A DNA stretch of 64,000 nucleotides. It comes from Acetobacteraceae bacterium. Lineage in GTDB: Bacteria > Pseudomonadota > Alphaproteobacteria > Acetobacterales > Acetobacteraceae. The notes beneath the pieces were generated by a model, which worked only from the letters and a program-made list of their open reading frames with translations, had not been told where the DNA came from and did no database searches. Location: NCBI GenBank assembly GCA_965198915.1, contig CBDAQC010000002.1, positions 1,053,284 through 1,117,283 of the forward strand. Direction: 5' to 3'. The translations under genes and the position numbers were made by a program. How positions within the stretch are numbered: the stretch's first letter is position 1; every line of letters begins with the position of its first letter. Of the stretch, positions 55,058 through 64,000 are shown piece by piece.

Positions 55058-56620
55058 GTGAACGCGCTTCCGCCCGAGGCCCAGGACCAAAGGGAGGCCG
55101 CGCAAACCGCATCCGGCTTCGAGGCCGCGCCCGCCGTGCCGGACGTGACGCTCACCTTCGAGCTGGACCCGCAGGACGCGCCCCGTCTGTTGCGCCTGCC
55201 CGCGCTGCAGGCCAGGCGCATGGGCGCTATACGTAGCGTGCCGGTGAACCACATCTGGCACGACACAGCAGAGGCTTTCCTGGCCGACCAGGGTCTTGCG
55301 CTGTGCCAAACGACGGGAAAAGCGGGCACATGGCGTCTTGAGCGCCTCTCGCCCGGGGACGCCCTGGCATGGCCGCCCGCAACCTGTCCGCCGGTTCTGG
55401 CCGAAGCCGACAGCCTGGAAGGCCTGCAGGACGTGCCGGCAAACGGACTCGTTGCGGCCGCGGCGTTCACCGGAAAGTGCCGCAGCGTGATTCTGCACCT
55501 GGATGGCGGCCCCGGACGGATCGAAATAGTGGAAGGCGCCATACGCGGCGTGGCGGAGGACCAGCCCGCCTGCCGCCTGCTGGTGACCGGCGCGCCAGCC
55601 GATGCCGCCGCCCTGGCTGCTGCAATGGCCGCTACGATACGCCTGTGTGTGCCGCGCCAGAGCCTGGCCGCCTCTGCCCTGGCGTTTGCCCGCGGCTGGA
55701 CACCGCCTCCCCGGCAGACAGGCGCGCCCCGCCTGACGCCAGGCCTGAGCGCCTCGGACGCGCTCGCCTGCATTACCGCCCACCTGGCCGAGGTGATCCT
55801 GCACTGGTCGGACCTCGTGCCGCAGGCCGCGGCACCCGAGCCGGTGCACCAGATGCGCGTAGCCGTCCGCCGCCTGCGCTCTGCCCTCTCCGTCTTCCGC
55901 CGCGCCGCCATGCACAATCAGGGCGGAGCAGGCTGGCTGCTGGAACTATCCGCCGCGCTGCGCGACCTCGCCGCCCGCCTGGGTGGCGCGCGCGACTGGG
56001 ATGTGTTCATCGGCGAGACGGGCGTTGATATACAGGCGGCGTTCCCGGCGGACCGGCGCATCACTCTCCTGCTCGCCGCCGCCAGCCGAAAGCGGGCCGC
56101 TTCCTACGCCGAGCTCGCCACCTACCTGGCCAGCCAGCAATGGGCGCTGCTCTCGCTGGAGCTTGCCTTGTTGCCGACCACGCGGCCGTGGGACAGGACC
56201 GGGGACACAGACGTGCTGGCCGCCGGCGCCCATCTTTACGCCGCGCGCGCACTGGACCGTCGCCTGAAACGGCTGTTGACGCCCGGCGCCGACCTGTCAG
56301 GCCTGCCGGCTGCCGAGCTGCACGAGACGCGCAAGCAGGCCAAGCGCCTGCGCTATGCCACCGAGTTCTTCGCCCCGCTGTTCCCCGGCAAGGCGACACG
56401 CAAATACATCGCCAGATTATCGGACCTGCAGGAAGTTCTGGGCGCGGTGAACGATACCGCCGTGGCCGCCCACCTGACGGACCAGCTGGCGGGTGGAACG
56501 GACCGTGCCTTCGCAGCCGGCGTGGTGCAGGGTTTTGGTGCGGCACGCGGGCGGCGGGCGGCGGCCAAAGCGCAGGAGGCCTGGCGCCGGTTTACCCGCG
56601 CTTCGGTATTCTGGGACTAG
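55058..56620 (+). CDS. CYTH-like plus CHAD domain protein
   Basis: C-terminal CHAD (EPVHQMRVAVRRLRSAL, ARDWDV, LHETRKQAKRLRYATEFF, LQEVLGAVND). The N-terminal CYTH-like region has a degenerate ExExK. Confidence 0.85.
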   Translation: MNALPPEAQDQREAAQTASGFEAAPAVPDVTLTFELDPQDAPRLLRLPALQARRMGAIRSVPVNHIWHDTAEAFLADQGLALCQTTGKAGTWRLERLSPGDALAWPPATCPPVLAEADSLEGLQDVPANGLVAAAAFTGKCRSVILHLDGGPGRIEIVEGAIRGVAEDQPACRLLVTGAPADAAALAAAMAATIRLCVPRQSLAASALAFARGWTPPPRQTGAPRLTPGLSASDALACITAHLAEVILHWSDLVPQAAAPEPVHQMRVAVRRLRSALSVFRRAAMHNQGGAGWLLELSAALRDLAARLGGARDWDVFIGETGVDIQAAFPADRRITLLLAAASRKRAASYAELATYLASQQWALLSLELALLPTTRPWDRTGDTDVLAAGAHLYAARALDRRLKRLLTPGADLSGLPAAELHETRKQAKRLRYATEFFAPLFPGKATRKYIARLSDLQEVLGAVNDTAVAAHLTDQLAGGTDRAFAAGVVQGFGAARGRRAAAKAQEAWRRFTRASVFWD

Positions 56621-56628
56621 GCAAGGAA

Positions 56629-56760
56629 GGCCTTCTTTTTCGAGAAAAAAAGCAAAAAGCTTTTGCTCCGCTATCGCCGGGCATTGAAGCGCGCGCGCAA
56701 ACAACGCGCAGCCGACGGAGACATAAGTTTTCTGGTACTTTTTTTTTAAAAAAGAAGCGC
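56629..56760. repeat. Family-1 REPIN-like palindromic doublet
   Basis: GGCCTTCTTTTTCGAGAAAAAAAGCAAAAAGCTTTTGCTCCGCT ... AAGTTTTCTGGTACTTTTTTTTTAAAAAAGAAGC. Confidence 0.8.
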
Positions 56761-56954
56761 TTTCTCTGCTGCCTCATGGACCAGGGCGAAATACCCGGTC
56801 CAACGCAAGGTGCATCCAGGCCCGAGCGGGTGCTCAGCCTTTGCTGCGGGTGCGAAGGTTGCCATCCTCTGAATACCACCGTTATGTTCCGCGCGGCAGC
56901 CTCGCCGTCCCGGCGGGCCATGACCGCCGCCTTGCCACACAGGATCGCACCATC

Positions 56955-58259
56955 ATGACCGGCGCCCCGATCGGATCAGTCACCGTCACCATGGACGGCA
57001 CCGACAAGTCAGCCTCCCTGCCCCTGCTCGCCGGCACGATAGGCCCTTCGGTATTCGACATACGCAAGCTGTACACCGACCTGGACGTGTTCACCTACGA
57101 TCCGGGCTACGGCGGCACCGCGGCCTGCGAGAGCCGAATCACCTATATCGACGGCGACGAGGGCATCCTGCTGCACCGCGGCTACCCGATCGACCAGCTC
57201 GCCGAGCAGTCCACCTTCCTGGAAGTGGCCCACCTGCTGCTCAACGGCGAACTGCCGAACCGGGAGGAGCTCGCCGAGTTCGAGCGCGGCGTCATGCTGC
57301 ACACCATGGTGCACGAGCAGTTGCGCCAGTTCTACAACGGCTTCCGGCGTGACGCCCATCCGATGGCGGTGATCTGCGGCGTCGTCGGCGCCCTGTCCGC
57401 CTTCTATCATGACAGCCTGGACGTCACGAACGCGGACCATCGCCGGATCAGCGCCTTCCGCCTGATCGCCAAACTGCCCACAATCGCCGCCTGGGCCTAC
57501 AAATACTCTATCGGTCAGCCGTTCATGTATCCGCGCAATGATCTAGGCTATGCCGAGAACTTTCTCTACATGATGAACGCCGTGCCGGCCGAGCCGTATC
57601 ACGTGAACCCGGTGCTGGCCCGCGCCATGGATCGCATCCTGATCCTGCATGCCGACCACGAGCAGAACGCGTCCACCAGCACCGTGCGCCTGGCCGGCTC
57701 GACCGGCGCTAACCCGTTCGCCTGCATCGCCGCCGGCATCGCCAGCCTGTGGGGCCCCGCCCATGGCGGCGCCAACGAGGCGGTGCTGAAGATGCTGGCC
57801 GAGATCGGCCACAAGGACCACATCCCCGACTTCATCGCCCGCGTGAAGGACAAGAACAGCGGCGTGCGCCTGATGGGCTTCGGCCACCGCGTGTACAAGA
57901 ACTACGACCCGCGCGCCAAAATCATGGAGCGTACCTGCCACGAGGTGCTGGACGAGCTGGGCATCAAGGACGATCCGCTGCTGGACCTGGCCCTCGAGCT
58001 GGAGCGCATCGCCCTGCACGACGACTACTTCATCAGCAAAAAGCTCTACCCCAACGTCGATTTCTACTCTGGCATTATCCTCAAGGCGATGGGCATCCCC
58101 ACCAGCATGTTCACCGTGCTGTTCGCGGTGGCGCGCACCGTGGGCTGGATCAGCCAGTGGAAGGAGATGATGGAGGACCCGCTGCAGCGCATCGGCCGGC
58201 CGCGGCAGGTCTATACCGGGCACGCCCAGCGTGATTTCGTGGCGTTGCAGGCGCGCTAG
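56955..58259 (+). CDS. gltA: Citrate synthase (type II)
   Basis: [79 protein letters not shown]. Confidence 0.97.
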   Translation: MTGAPIGSVTVTMDGTDKSASLPLLAGTIGPSVFDIRKLYTDLDVFTYDPGYGGTAACESRITYIDGDEGILLHRGYPIDQLAEQSTFLEVAHLLLNGELPNREELAEFERGVMLHTMVHEQLRQFYNGFRRDAHPMAVICGVVGALSAFYHDSLDVTNADHRRISAFRLIAKLPTIAAWAYKYSIGQPFMYPRNDLGYAENFLYMMNAVPAEPYHVNPVLARAMDRILILHADHEQNASTSTVRLAGSTGANPFACIAAGIASLWGPAHGGANEAVLKMLAEIGHKDHIPDFIARVKDKNSGVRLMGFGHRVYKNYDPRAKIMERTCHEVLDELGIKDDPLLDLALELERIALHDDYFISKKLYPNVDFYSGIILKAMGIPTSMFTVLFAVARTVGWISQWKEMMEDPLQRIGRPRQVYTGHAQRDFVALQAR

Positions 58260-58260
58260 C

Positions 58261-58788
58261 TTGCGCGCCTGGCGGCCCGGCCTGCCCTTCCTGCTTCTGG
58301 CGTCCGTCCTGGCAGGGCAGGCCCGCGCGCAGGATGCGTCCGGCGGTCTCTGCTCGGCAGACGAGGTCAAGCTGTTCGCCTGCGTGCTGAAAACCCGTCA
58401 GCAGGTCGGCTTCTGCCTGGGCAAGTCCGACCTCAAGATGCGGCTCGTGGTCCTGTCCGGCGAGACGCAAGCCTCTTCCCCGGTCCGCAACCTGCGCGAG
58501 GCGCCGATCGGCAGCAACGCGCATGGCGACATCATCACCTTACGCGGCAGCACGAAAGACGGCCCGGTCGCCCTCTATGTGGACTTCCTGCCCGACGACC
58601 TTGTGCCCCCGGTGCTGGTCATGGAATCCGGCAAGCAGGAGATCAAGGAGCCCTGCGCCTCGGCATCGTTCGAGTCGGAGAGCACGGAGGTCTCTGTCGG
58701 TGGTGTCCGGCGCGTCGCCAGGCTTCCCGGCCTGGTGGAGATCGGCATCGCCAAGCCGCTCACGCCCGCGCCGGAGTGGCCGGACTGA
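58261..58788 (+). CDS. Hypothetical secreted Cys-containing protein
   Basis: Signal peptide ending ARA, LC...E...FAC...C pattern. TTG start assumed. Confidence 0.6.
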   Translation: MRAWRPGLPFLLLASVLAGQARAQDASGGLCSADEVKLFACVLKTRQQVGFCLGKSDLKMRLVVLSGETQASSPVRNLREAPIGSNAHGDIITLRGSTKDGPVALYVDFLPDDLVPPVLVMESGKQEIKEPCASASFESESTEVSVGGVRRVARLPGLVEIGIAKPLTPAPEWPD

Positions 58789-58828
58789 GGCGAGACGCTG
58801 AGGGCCATTTGCCAGCGCCATCCTTGGG

Positions 58829-59053
58829 TCAGCACTCGCACCCGCGCGTGGCGCCGGTCGAGGAGCGGGTGATGTGATGGTCGATCCACTCGCTCACCAG
58901 CGCACGGGCCTCGCTCAGCCCCGCCTCCGGATGGTGTATGCGGTATAGCGTCGTGCAGCTCTGGAACGCCGCCATGTCGTCGGTTCCGGCCCGGCGCAGC
59001 TCGCGATAGGCGGTCACCACCGCGCGTTCGCATCTCCGTCCGATCTCGGCCAA
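58829..59053 (-). CDS. Small hypothetical helical protein (74 aa)
   Basis: GGAGG RBS 6 nt before the TTG; CERAVVTAYRELR...LYRIHHPE...LVSEWIDH, ends GCEC. Confidence 0.65.
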   Translation of the reverse strand: MAEIGRRCERAVVTAYRELRRAGTDDMAAFQSCTTLYRIHHPEAGLSEARALVSEWIDHHITRSSTGATRGCEC

Positions 59054-59196
59054 CACCTGCCTCCAGTTGCGAATCACTCTTATCTGGTAGGAACAATACG
59101 CCCGTTCCGCCACCCCTCGCAACTGTCGGCTTGGGCTTGGGTTGCCCGCCGATTGGCGGCAGGGCAGAACGGACCCTGATTTCGAGGTGGGCGCTG

Positions 59197-59898
59197 ATGG
59201 CGGCAGGTGTGGCTACGGATTGGGACAGGGATGCGGCGCTGACCACGGCGCGCATCCTGCTGGAGATCGGCGCGCTCAACTTCCGCCCGGATGAGCCCTA
59301 CACCCTGACCTCCGGCTGGAAGTCGCCCGTCTATATCGATTGCCGCAAGATCATTTATTTTCCGCACGCCCGGAAAAAGATCTGCCAACTGGGCGTGGAG
59401 AAGCTGAACCGCCACATAGGCTACGAACAGATCGAGGTGGTGGCAGGCGGCGAGACGGCCGGCATCCCATTCGCCGCCTGGATGGCGGATTTGATGCACA
59501 CGCCCATGGCCTATGTGCGCAAGCAGCCGAAAGGTTTCGGCAAGAACGCGCTCATTGAAGGCGACGTGCCGGACGGGCGCCGCACGCTGCTGGTCGAGGA
59601 CCTGACCACGGACGGACGATCGAAGATCAAGTTCACCCAATCCCTGCGCGACGCCGGCGCCCTGGTGAACCACGCTTTCGTGGTGTTCTATTACGGCGTG
59701 TTCCCCGGCAGCCTGGAAAAACTGGCGCAGATGGACATCGCGCTGCACCATCTGTGCACCTGGTGGGACGTGCTGGAAGCCTGCCGCGACCGGCCGTATT
59801 TCCCGGAACACCATCTGGCCGAAGTGCGGCGGTTTTTGGAGAACCCGGTAGGCTGGTCGAAAGCGCGGGGAGCGGACGTGGAGGCCGCCCAGCAGTAG
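59197..59898 (+). CDS. pyrE: Orotate phosphoribosyltransferase
   Basis: LTSGWKSPVYIDCRK, GGETAGIPFAA, YVRKQPKGFG, LLVEDLTTDG (PRPP loop). Confidence 0.92.
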   Translation: MAAGVATDWDRDAALTTARILLEIGALNFRPDEPYTLTSGWKSPVYIDCRKIIYFPHARKKICQLGVEKLNRHIGYEQIEVVAGGETAGIPFAAWMADLMHTPMAYVRKQPKGFGKNALIEGDVPDGRRTLLVEDLTTDGRSKIKFTQSLRDAGALVNHAFVVFYYGVFPGSLEKLAQMDIALHHLCTWWDVLEACRDRPYFPEHHLAEVRRFLENPVGWSKARGADVEAAQQ

Positions 59899-59940
59899 AG
59901 TACGTAGTTGGCCTGCCCGCTCAGACATCTGTGCAGGCAC

Positions 59941-59983
59941 GGAGCAGGCTTTCTGCCTCTTGCACAACGAAAGCCTTGCTTCC
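59941..59983. repeat. Family-1 repeat, degenerate right arm
   Basis: GGAGCAGGCTTTCTGCCTCTTGCACAACGAAAGCCTTGCTTCC. Confidence 0.4.
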
Positions 59984-60039
59984 TTTCTTCCCTGAACATT
60001 GTTAACCCTGCTCCAGGCCCAGCCAAGGATCAGCTCGCC

Positions 60040-61236
60040 ATGGACAGTCCAGCCAGCTTCGACTTCGCCAACCCTGCCCTGCGCGCAAACCCCTACCCCG
60101 CCTATCGTTTCCTGCGCGAAGCCGCGCCCATCTGGCGCGCGCCCAGCGGGCACTGGATCGTCTCAACCCATGCCGGCTGCACCGCCTTGCTGCGCGACCC
60201 GGTCATGGGCCGGGAGGACACGAACATGCGCAGCCCGGAGCTGATGGCCGAATACGCCGTGGCCTCGCTGACGCGGATGATGCTTTTCGTCGATCCGCCT
60301 GTGCACACGCGTCTGCGCGGCCTGGTCAGCAAGGCCTTTACCGCCCGGCGCATGGAGGCGCTGCGCCCGCGCATCGAGGCGATCGTGGACGCGCTGATCG
60401 ACCGGGTGGCCGGCCAGGGCGGCATGGACGTGATACGCGACTTCGCCCATCGCCTGCCGGTGACCGTCATCTGCGACATGCTCGGCATGCCGGAGAGCGA
60501 CCGCGGCCCGTTCCTGGAGGAGAGCACGGTCCGCGGCCGCATACTCGATCCGGTCGCACTCAGCCGGGAGGAGCTCGATGATGCCAACCGCGGCTCGCGC
60601 GCGTCCTCGGAGTATTTCCGCGGCCTGCTGGCCTATCGCCGGCAGAACCCCGGCGACGATCTGGCGACGGCGCTGGTGCAGGCGCGCGAGGCGGACGACA
60701 CGCTGAGCGACGACGAGATCGTCTCCAACATCGCCCTGCTGTTCGGCGCCGGCCACGAGACGACGACGAACCTGATCGGCAACGGCGTGCTGGCGCTGCA
60801 CCGAAATCCGGCGCAGCTGGCGCGCCTGCGCGCGGACCCCGGGCTGATTCCGAACGCGGTGGAGGAGCTGCTGCGCTACGACAGCCCGGTCCAGCTGACC
60901 GGCCGTATCGCCACGCAGGACCACGAGATCATGGGCGAGCGCATCGAGAAAGGCGGCCATGTCATAGCGTTACTCGGCGCGGCGAACCACGATCCGGCGG
61001 CCTATGAGGGCGACCCGGACACGCTGGACGTGGGCCGGCCGGGCGTGCGCGCCATCAGTTTCGGCGGCGGCCTGCATTTCTGCCTGGGTGCGCAGCTTGC
61101 GCGCATCGAGGGCGAGATCGCCTTCCGCCGCCTGCTGGAACGCCTGCCCGCGATGCGCCTGACCGACCCGGAACACGCGGCCTGGAAGCCGACGGTGACG
61201 TTGCGGGGGCTGGTGGAACTTGGCGCGGAGTGGTAG
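60040..61236 (+). CDS. Cytochrome P450
   Basis: DPPVHTRLR, GAGHETT, EELLRYDSP (ExxR), heme loop FGGGLHFCLG. Confidence 0.95.
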   Translation: MDSPASFDFANPALRANPYPAYRFLREAAPIWRAPSGHWIVSTHAGCTALLRDPVMGREDTNMRSPELMAEYAVASLTRMMLFVDPPVHTRLRGLVSKAFTARRMEALRPRIEAIVDALIDRVAGQGGMDVIRDFAHRLPVTVICDMLGMPESDRGPFLEESTVRGRILDPVALSREELDDANRGSRASSEYFRGLLAYRRQNPGDDLATALVQAREADDTLSDDEIVSNIALLFGAGHETTTNLIGNGVLALHRNPAQLARLRADPGLIPNAVEELLRYDSPVQLTGRIATQDHEIMGERIEKGGHVIALLGAANHDPAAYEGDPDTLDVGRPGVRAISFGGGLHFCLGAQLARIEGEIAFRRLLERLPAMRLTDPEHAAWKPTVTLRGLVELGAEW

Positions 61237-61287
61237 CTTAACGTCGTTTAGGGCTTACGCCCTAACGCGGTAGGGAGAACATCCAAG

Positions 61288-62757
61288 ATGGCGACCGAGC
61301 ATTTCGACGTGGTTATCATAGGGGCCGGTCTGTCCGGAATCGGCGCCGGCTGCCACATGAAGATGCAGTGCCCGAAAAAGACCTACGTCGTGCTCGAAAG
61401 CCGCGAGACGATCGGCGGCACGTGGGACCTGTTCCGCTACCCGGGCATTCGCTCGGATTCGGACATGTACACGCTCGGCTACGTGTTCCGCCCCTGGACG
61501 GAGGCCAAGGCGATCGCCGACGGCCCGTCCATCCTGAAATATGTGCGCGAGACGGCAGAGATCTACGGCGTCGACCGGAACATACGCTTCAAGCACAAGG
61601 TGATGCAGGCGGACTGGTCCTCCGAAGACGCGCTGTGGACCGTGCAGGCCGAGGCGGACGGCCAGCCTGTCACCTTCACCTGCGGCTTCCTGTTCACCTG
61701 CAGCGGCTATTACGACTACGCCGGCGGCTACACGCCGGATTTCGCCGGGCGTGACAGTTACAAGGGCCAGGTAATCCACCCGCAATTCTGGCCGGAAAAC
61801 CTGGACACAGCCGGCAAGAGCGTGGTGGTGATCGGCAGCGGCGCCACTGCCGTGACCCTGGTGCCCGCGCTTGCCAAGACCGCGTCGCATGTGACGATGC
61901 TGCAACGCTCGCCCAGCTACGTGGCCTCGCGCCCCGCCGAGGACGCCTTCGCGAACCGGCTGCGGAAATACCTGCCGTCGAAGCTCGCCTATAGCCTTAT
62001 CCGCTGGCGCAACGTTGGGCTGCAGCTCTTCCTGTTCAACATGGCGCGCAGCAAGCCCGCCAAATTCAAGCAGCAGCTGATCAGCCTGGTTTCAAAAGAG
62101 CTCGGCGCGGATTACGACGTGGCCACCCATTTCACGCCGAAATACAATCCCTGGGATCAGCGGCTTTGCCTGGTTCCTGACTCCGACTTGTTCCAGGCGA
62201 TCAAGACGGGCCGTGCCACCGTGGTCACCGACACGATCGAGCGCTTCACCGAGACGGGAATCAAGCTGGCGTCCGGCCAGGAATTGCCGGCCGACATCGT
62301 GGTGACCGCGACCGGCCTGAAGATGCAGATCCTGAGCGGCATGGCGATCAGCGTCGACGGCACGCGTATCGATTTCGGCCGCATGATGAGCTACAAGGGA
62401 ATGATGTATTCGGACGTGCCGAACCTGGCCACCGCGTTCGGCTACACAAATGCGTCGTGGACGCTGAAGGCCGATCTCACCTCCTCCTATGTCTGCCGCC
62501 TGCTGAACTACATGGACCAGCGTGGTTTTGCGGAAGCCCGGCCGATACGCGATGCGGCCGTGCAGGAGATGCCGTTCCTGGACTTCTCGTCCGGCTACGT
62601 GCAGCGCGCGCTGTCGGAACTGCCGCGCCAGGGCACCACGAAGCCCTGGAAGCTGAACCAGAATTACGCGCTGGATCTGATGGCGCTGAAGTTCGGCAAG
62701 CTGGATGACGGTACGATGGTGTTCAAGCGGCGCAAGGAACGCAAGCAGGCGGCTTGA
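61288..62757 (+). CDS. Flavin-containing (Baeyer-Villiger, EthA-like) monooxygenase
   Basis: IIGAGLSG, GGTWDLFRYPGIRSDSD, YKGQVIHPQFW (FxGxxxHxxxW-like), GSGATAVT, PWDQRLC, DIVVTATG. Confidence 0.92.
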   Translation: MATEHFDVVIIGAGLSGIGAGCHMKMQCPKKTYVVLESRETIGGTWDLFRYPGIRSDSDMYTLGYVFRPWTEAKAIADGPSILKYVRETAEIYGVDRNIRFKHKVMQADWSSEDALWTVQAEADGQPVTFTCGFLFTCSGYYDYAGGYTPDFAGRDSYKGQVIHPQFWPENLDTAGKSVVVIGSGATAVTLVPALAKTASHVTMLQRSPSYVASRPAEDAFANRLRKYLPSKLAYSLIRWRNVGLQLFLFNMARSKPAKFKQQLISLVSKELGADYDVATHFTPKYNPWDQRLCLVPDSDLFQAIKTGRATVVTDTIERFTETGIKLASGQELPADIVVTATGLKMQILSGMAISVDGTRIDFGRMMSYKGMMYSDVPNLATAFGYTNASWTLKADLTSSYVCRLLNYMDQRGFAEARPIRDAAVQEMPFLDFSSGYVQRALSELPRQGTTKPWKLNQNYALDLMALKFGKLDDGTMVFKRRKERKQAA

Positions 62758-62789
62758 GAGCGAAGCGGTTCGTTTCTTGAGCCAAGGGC

Positions 62790-62886
62790 GGGACGCTGCC
62801 CCAAACCCCCATTTGTTTGGGTGCGTGTTAACAGGTTCTAAGGACGACTGTCCTTAGCGGGGTCCAGGGGCAGAGCCCCTGGCCTT
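62790..62886. repeat. Family-2 palindromic element (copy C, inverted)
   Basis: 62833-62886 is the exact reverse complement of 2512-2565. Lies between convergent genes. Confidence 0.85.
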
Positions 62887-62911
62887 GCCTAAGGTCAACG
62901 GCTCAGGGTGC

Positions 62912-64000
62912 CTACGGTGCATCCGCCATCAGATAGCTATGCACCGCCTGGACCACCACCGATCCCTCGCCCACGCCGGCCGCCACGCGTTTCACCGAAC
63001 CGGCGCGCACGTCGCCCACCGCGTAGATGCCCGGCAGGCTGGTGGCGAACTGGCCGCAGCCGTCCTGCCCGGTCACCACGAAACCTTTCTCGTCCAGGTT
63101 CAGGCAGTCGCGCAGCCATTCGGAATTCGGTTCGGCGCCGATCATCACGAACAGCGCGCCGATCTTGCGGGTCTCGCTCTCGCCGGTCTTGCTGTTGGTC
63201 CAGGTGATCTCGCGCAGGTAATCGTCCCCCGAAAGCGCGGTCACTTCGGTGTTCGCGTGAAGCGTTATCTTTTCCGAGCACTCGATACGCTGCAGCAGGT
63301 AGTCGCTCATCGTGTCTGCCAGGCCATCGCTGCGCACCAGCATGTGCACATGCGCCACGGTGCGCGACAGGAACACCGCCGCCTGCCCCGCGGAATTTCC
63401 GCCGCCCACCACCACGACGTCCGCGCCAGAACACAGCCCGGCTTCGACGCCGGTGGCGGCGTATTGGATTCCCTGGCCTTCGAAATGTTCGTAGTCGGCC
63501 ACGTCCAGCTTGCGATAGCGTGCGCCGGTCGCCACGATTATGCTGCGGGCCCGCACCGAACTGTCGTCTTCCATCTGCAGCCGGTACGGCCTGGCGCGGC
63601 AATCGATGGCGCGCACCGCGCGCGATACCGAAAGCCTGGCGCCGAATTTCTGAGCCTGCACCTGGGCCCGCGCGGCCAGTGCCTGGCCTGAGATACCGGT
63701 CGGGAAACCAAGATAGTTCTCGATCTTCGACGATGTTCCGGCCTGGCCGCCAGGTGCCAGCTTCTCCAGAACGATTGTGGCCAGGCCTTCCGAGGCCGCA
63801 TAGACGGCGGCGGCCAGGCCGGATGGCCCCGCGCCCACCACCGCCACGTCGAACACCGCATCGTCCTGCACCGTCTCGCTCAGGCCGAGCGCATCGGCCA
63901 GCGCCATGATGGTCGGCCGCCGCAGGACGTGATCGTTCGGCGCCACGACGACAGGAAGATCCTCCGGCGCGATCTTGAAGCAGCCGAAGAACTCGTCGGC
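62912..64000 (-). CDS. Thioredoxin-reductase-like FAD/NAD(P) oxidoreductase lacking CxxC (partial, runs off the right edge)
   Basis: VVGAGPSGL, GGQAGTSSKIENYLGFP, IVATGA, VVGGGNSAG, TSLPGIYAVGDVR, SVKRVAAGVGEG. The frame stays open to 64000. Confidence 0.88.
   Translation of the reverse strand, partial: ADEFFGCFKIAPEDLPVVVAPNDHVLRRPTIMALADALGLSETVQDDAVFDVAVVGAGPSGLAAAVYAASEGLATIVLEKLAPGGQAGTSSKIENYLGFPTGISGQALAARAQVQAQKFGARLSVSRAVRAIDCRARPYRLQMEDDSSVRARSIIVATGARYRKLDVADYEHFEGQGIQYAATGVEAGLCSGADVVVVGGGNSAGQAAVFLSRTVAHVHMLVRSDGLADTMSDYLLQRIECSEKITLHANTEVTALSGDDYLREITWTNSKTGESETRKIGALFVMIGAEPNSEWLRDCLNLDEKGFVVTGQDGCGQFATSLPGIYAVGDVRAGSVKRVAAGVGEGSVVVQAVHSYLMADAP

Noticed and set aside
6727-56760. 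Repeat arms with variable spacers as a possible CRISPR array
   Set aside because: The copies are dispersed and inverted pairs rather than tandem direct repeats at regular spacing, and no cas genes are present.
56770-56954. Hairpin TGGACC...GGTCCA upstream of gltA as a regulatory RNA
   Set aside because: A single modest hairpin with no other support.
50-63909. Numerous long overlapping ORF-track frames (for example 4094-6364, 8614-10320, 27548-30136, 29005-31158, 33028-35055, 50689-52881)
   Set aside because: These are shadow ORFs expected opposite or within real genes in high-GC DNA. They are Arg/Ala/Pro/Gly-rich, lack motifs and conflict with well-supported genes.
1-64000. tRNA, rRNA, tmRNA, RNase P, SRP, 6S RNA, transposase or integrase genes
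   Set aside because: No diagnostic sequences recognised in any intergenic gap. A tRNAscan/Infernal run would be decisive.

Overview
GC-rich alphaproteobacterial chromosome segment. Gene order and protein style suggest Acetobacteraceae/Rhodospirillales (inference). Housekeeping blocks are argS-SPOR-nagZ-site-2 protease-scpA-scpB-tatB-tatC-serS, dat-hfq-hflX, prmC-DUF4167, gltA, pyrE, glk-lolA, hldE and gmhA. They are interleaved with envelope and transport genes: a complete RND tripartite pump, two paralogous DcaP-like porins flanking an OmpR/sensor-kinase pair and a lipoprotein, an OMF-MFP pair without an RND subunit, an LpxR-like deacylase, an AtoE-like transporter, a PEP-CTERM protein and a sedolisin. 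UV/DNA-damage repair genes are unusually concentrated: a spore-photoproduct-lyase-like radical SAM enzyme, a translationally coupled pdeM - CPD photolyase - Pnkp/PrpE-like phosphoesterase operon, and a PhrB-type Fe-S photolyase. Intergenic DNA holds at least three families of small palindromic elements: about 16 copies or remnants of an A/T-tract REPIN-like doublet, 3 copies of a GGGGCTCTGCCCC-terminated element between convergent genes, and a 108-bp IS5-like MITE with a TTA duplication. I found no tRNA, rRNA, CRISPR array, transposase or integrase. The best candidates for new biology are the pdeM-photolyase-phosphoesterase operon, the REPIN-like family, an AAA+ ATPase with an MshEN-like N-terminus, and the porin/two-component locus with a Pho-type box. 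All family assignments come from recognising motifs by eye; no searches were run. Many start codons were moved from the ORF-track positions to more plausible ones.
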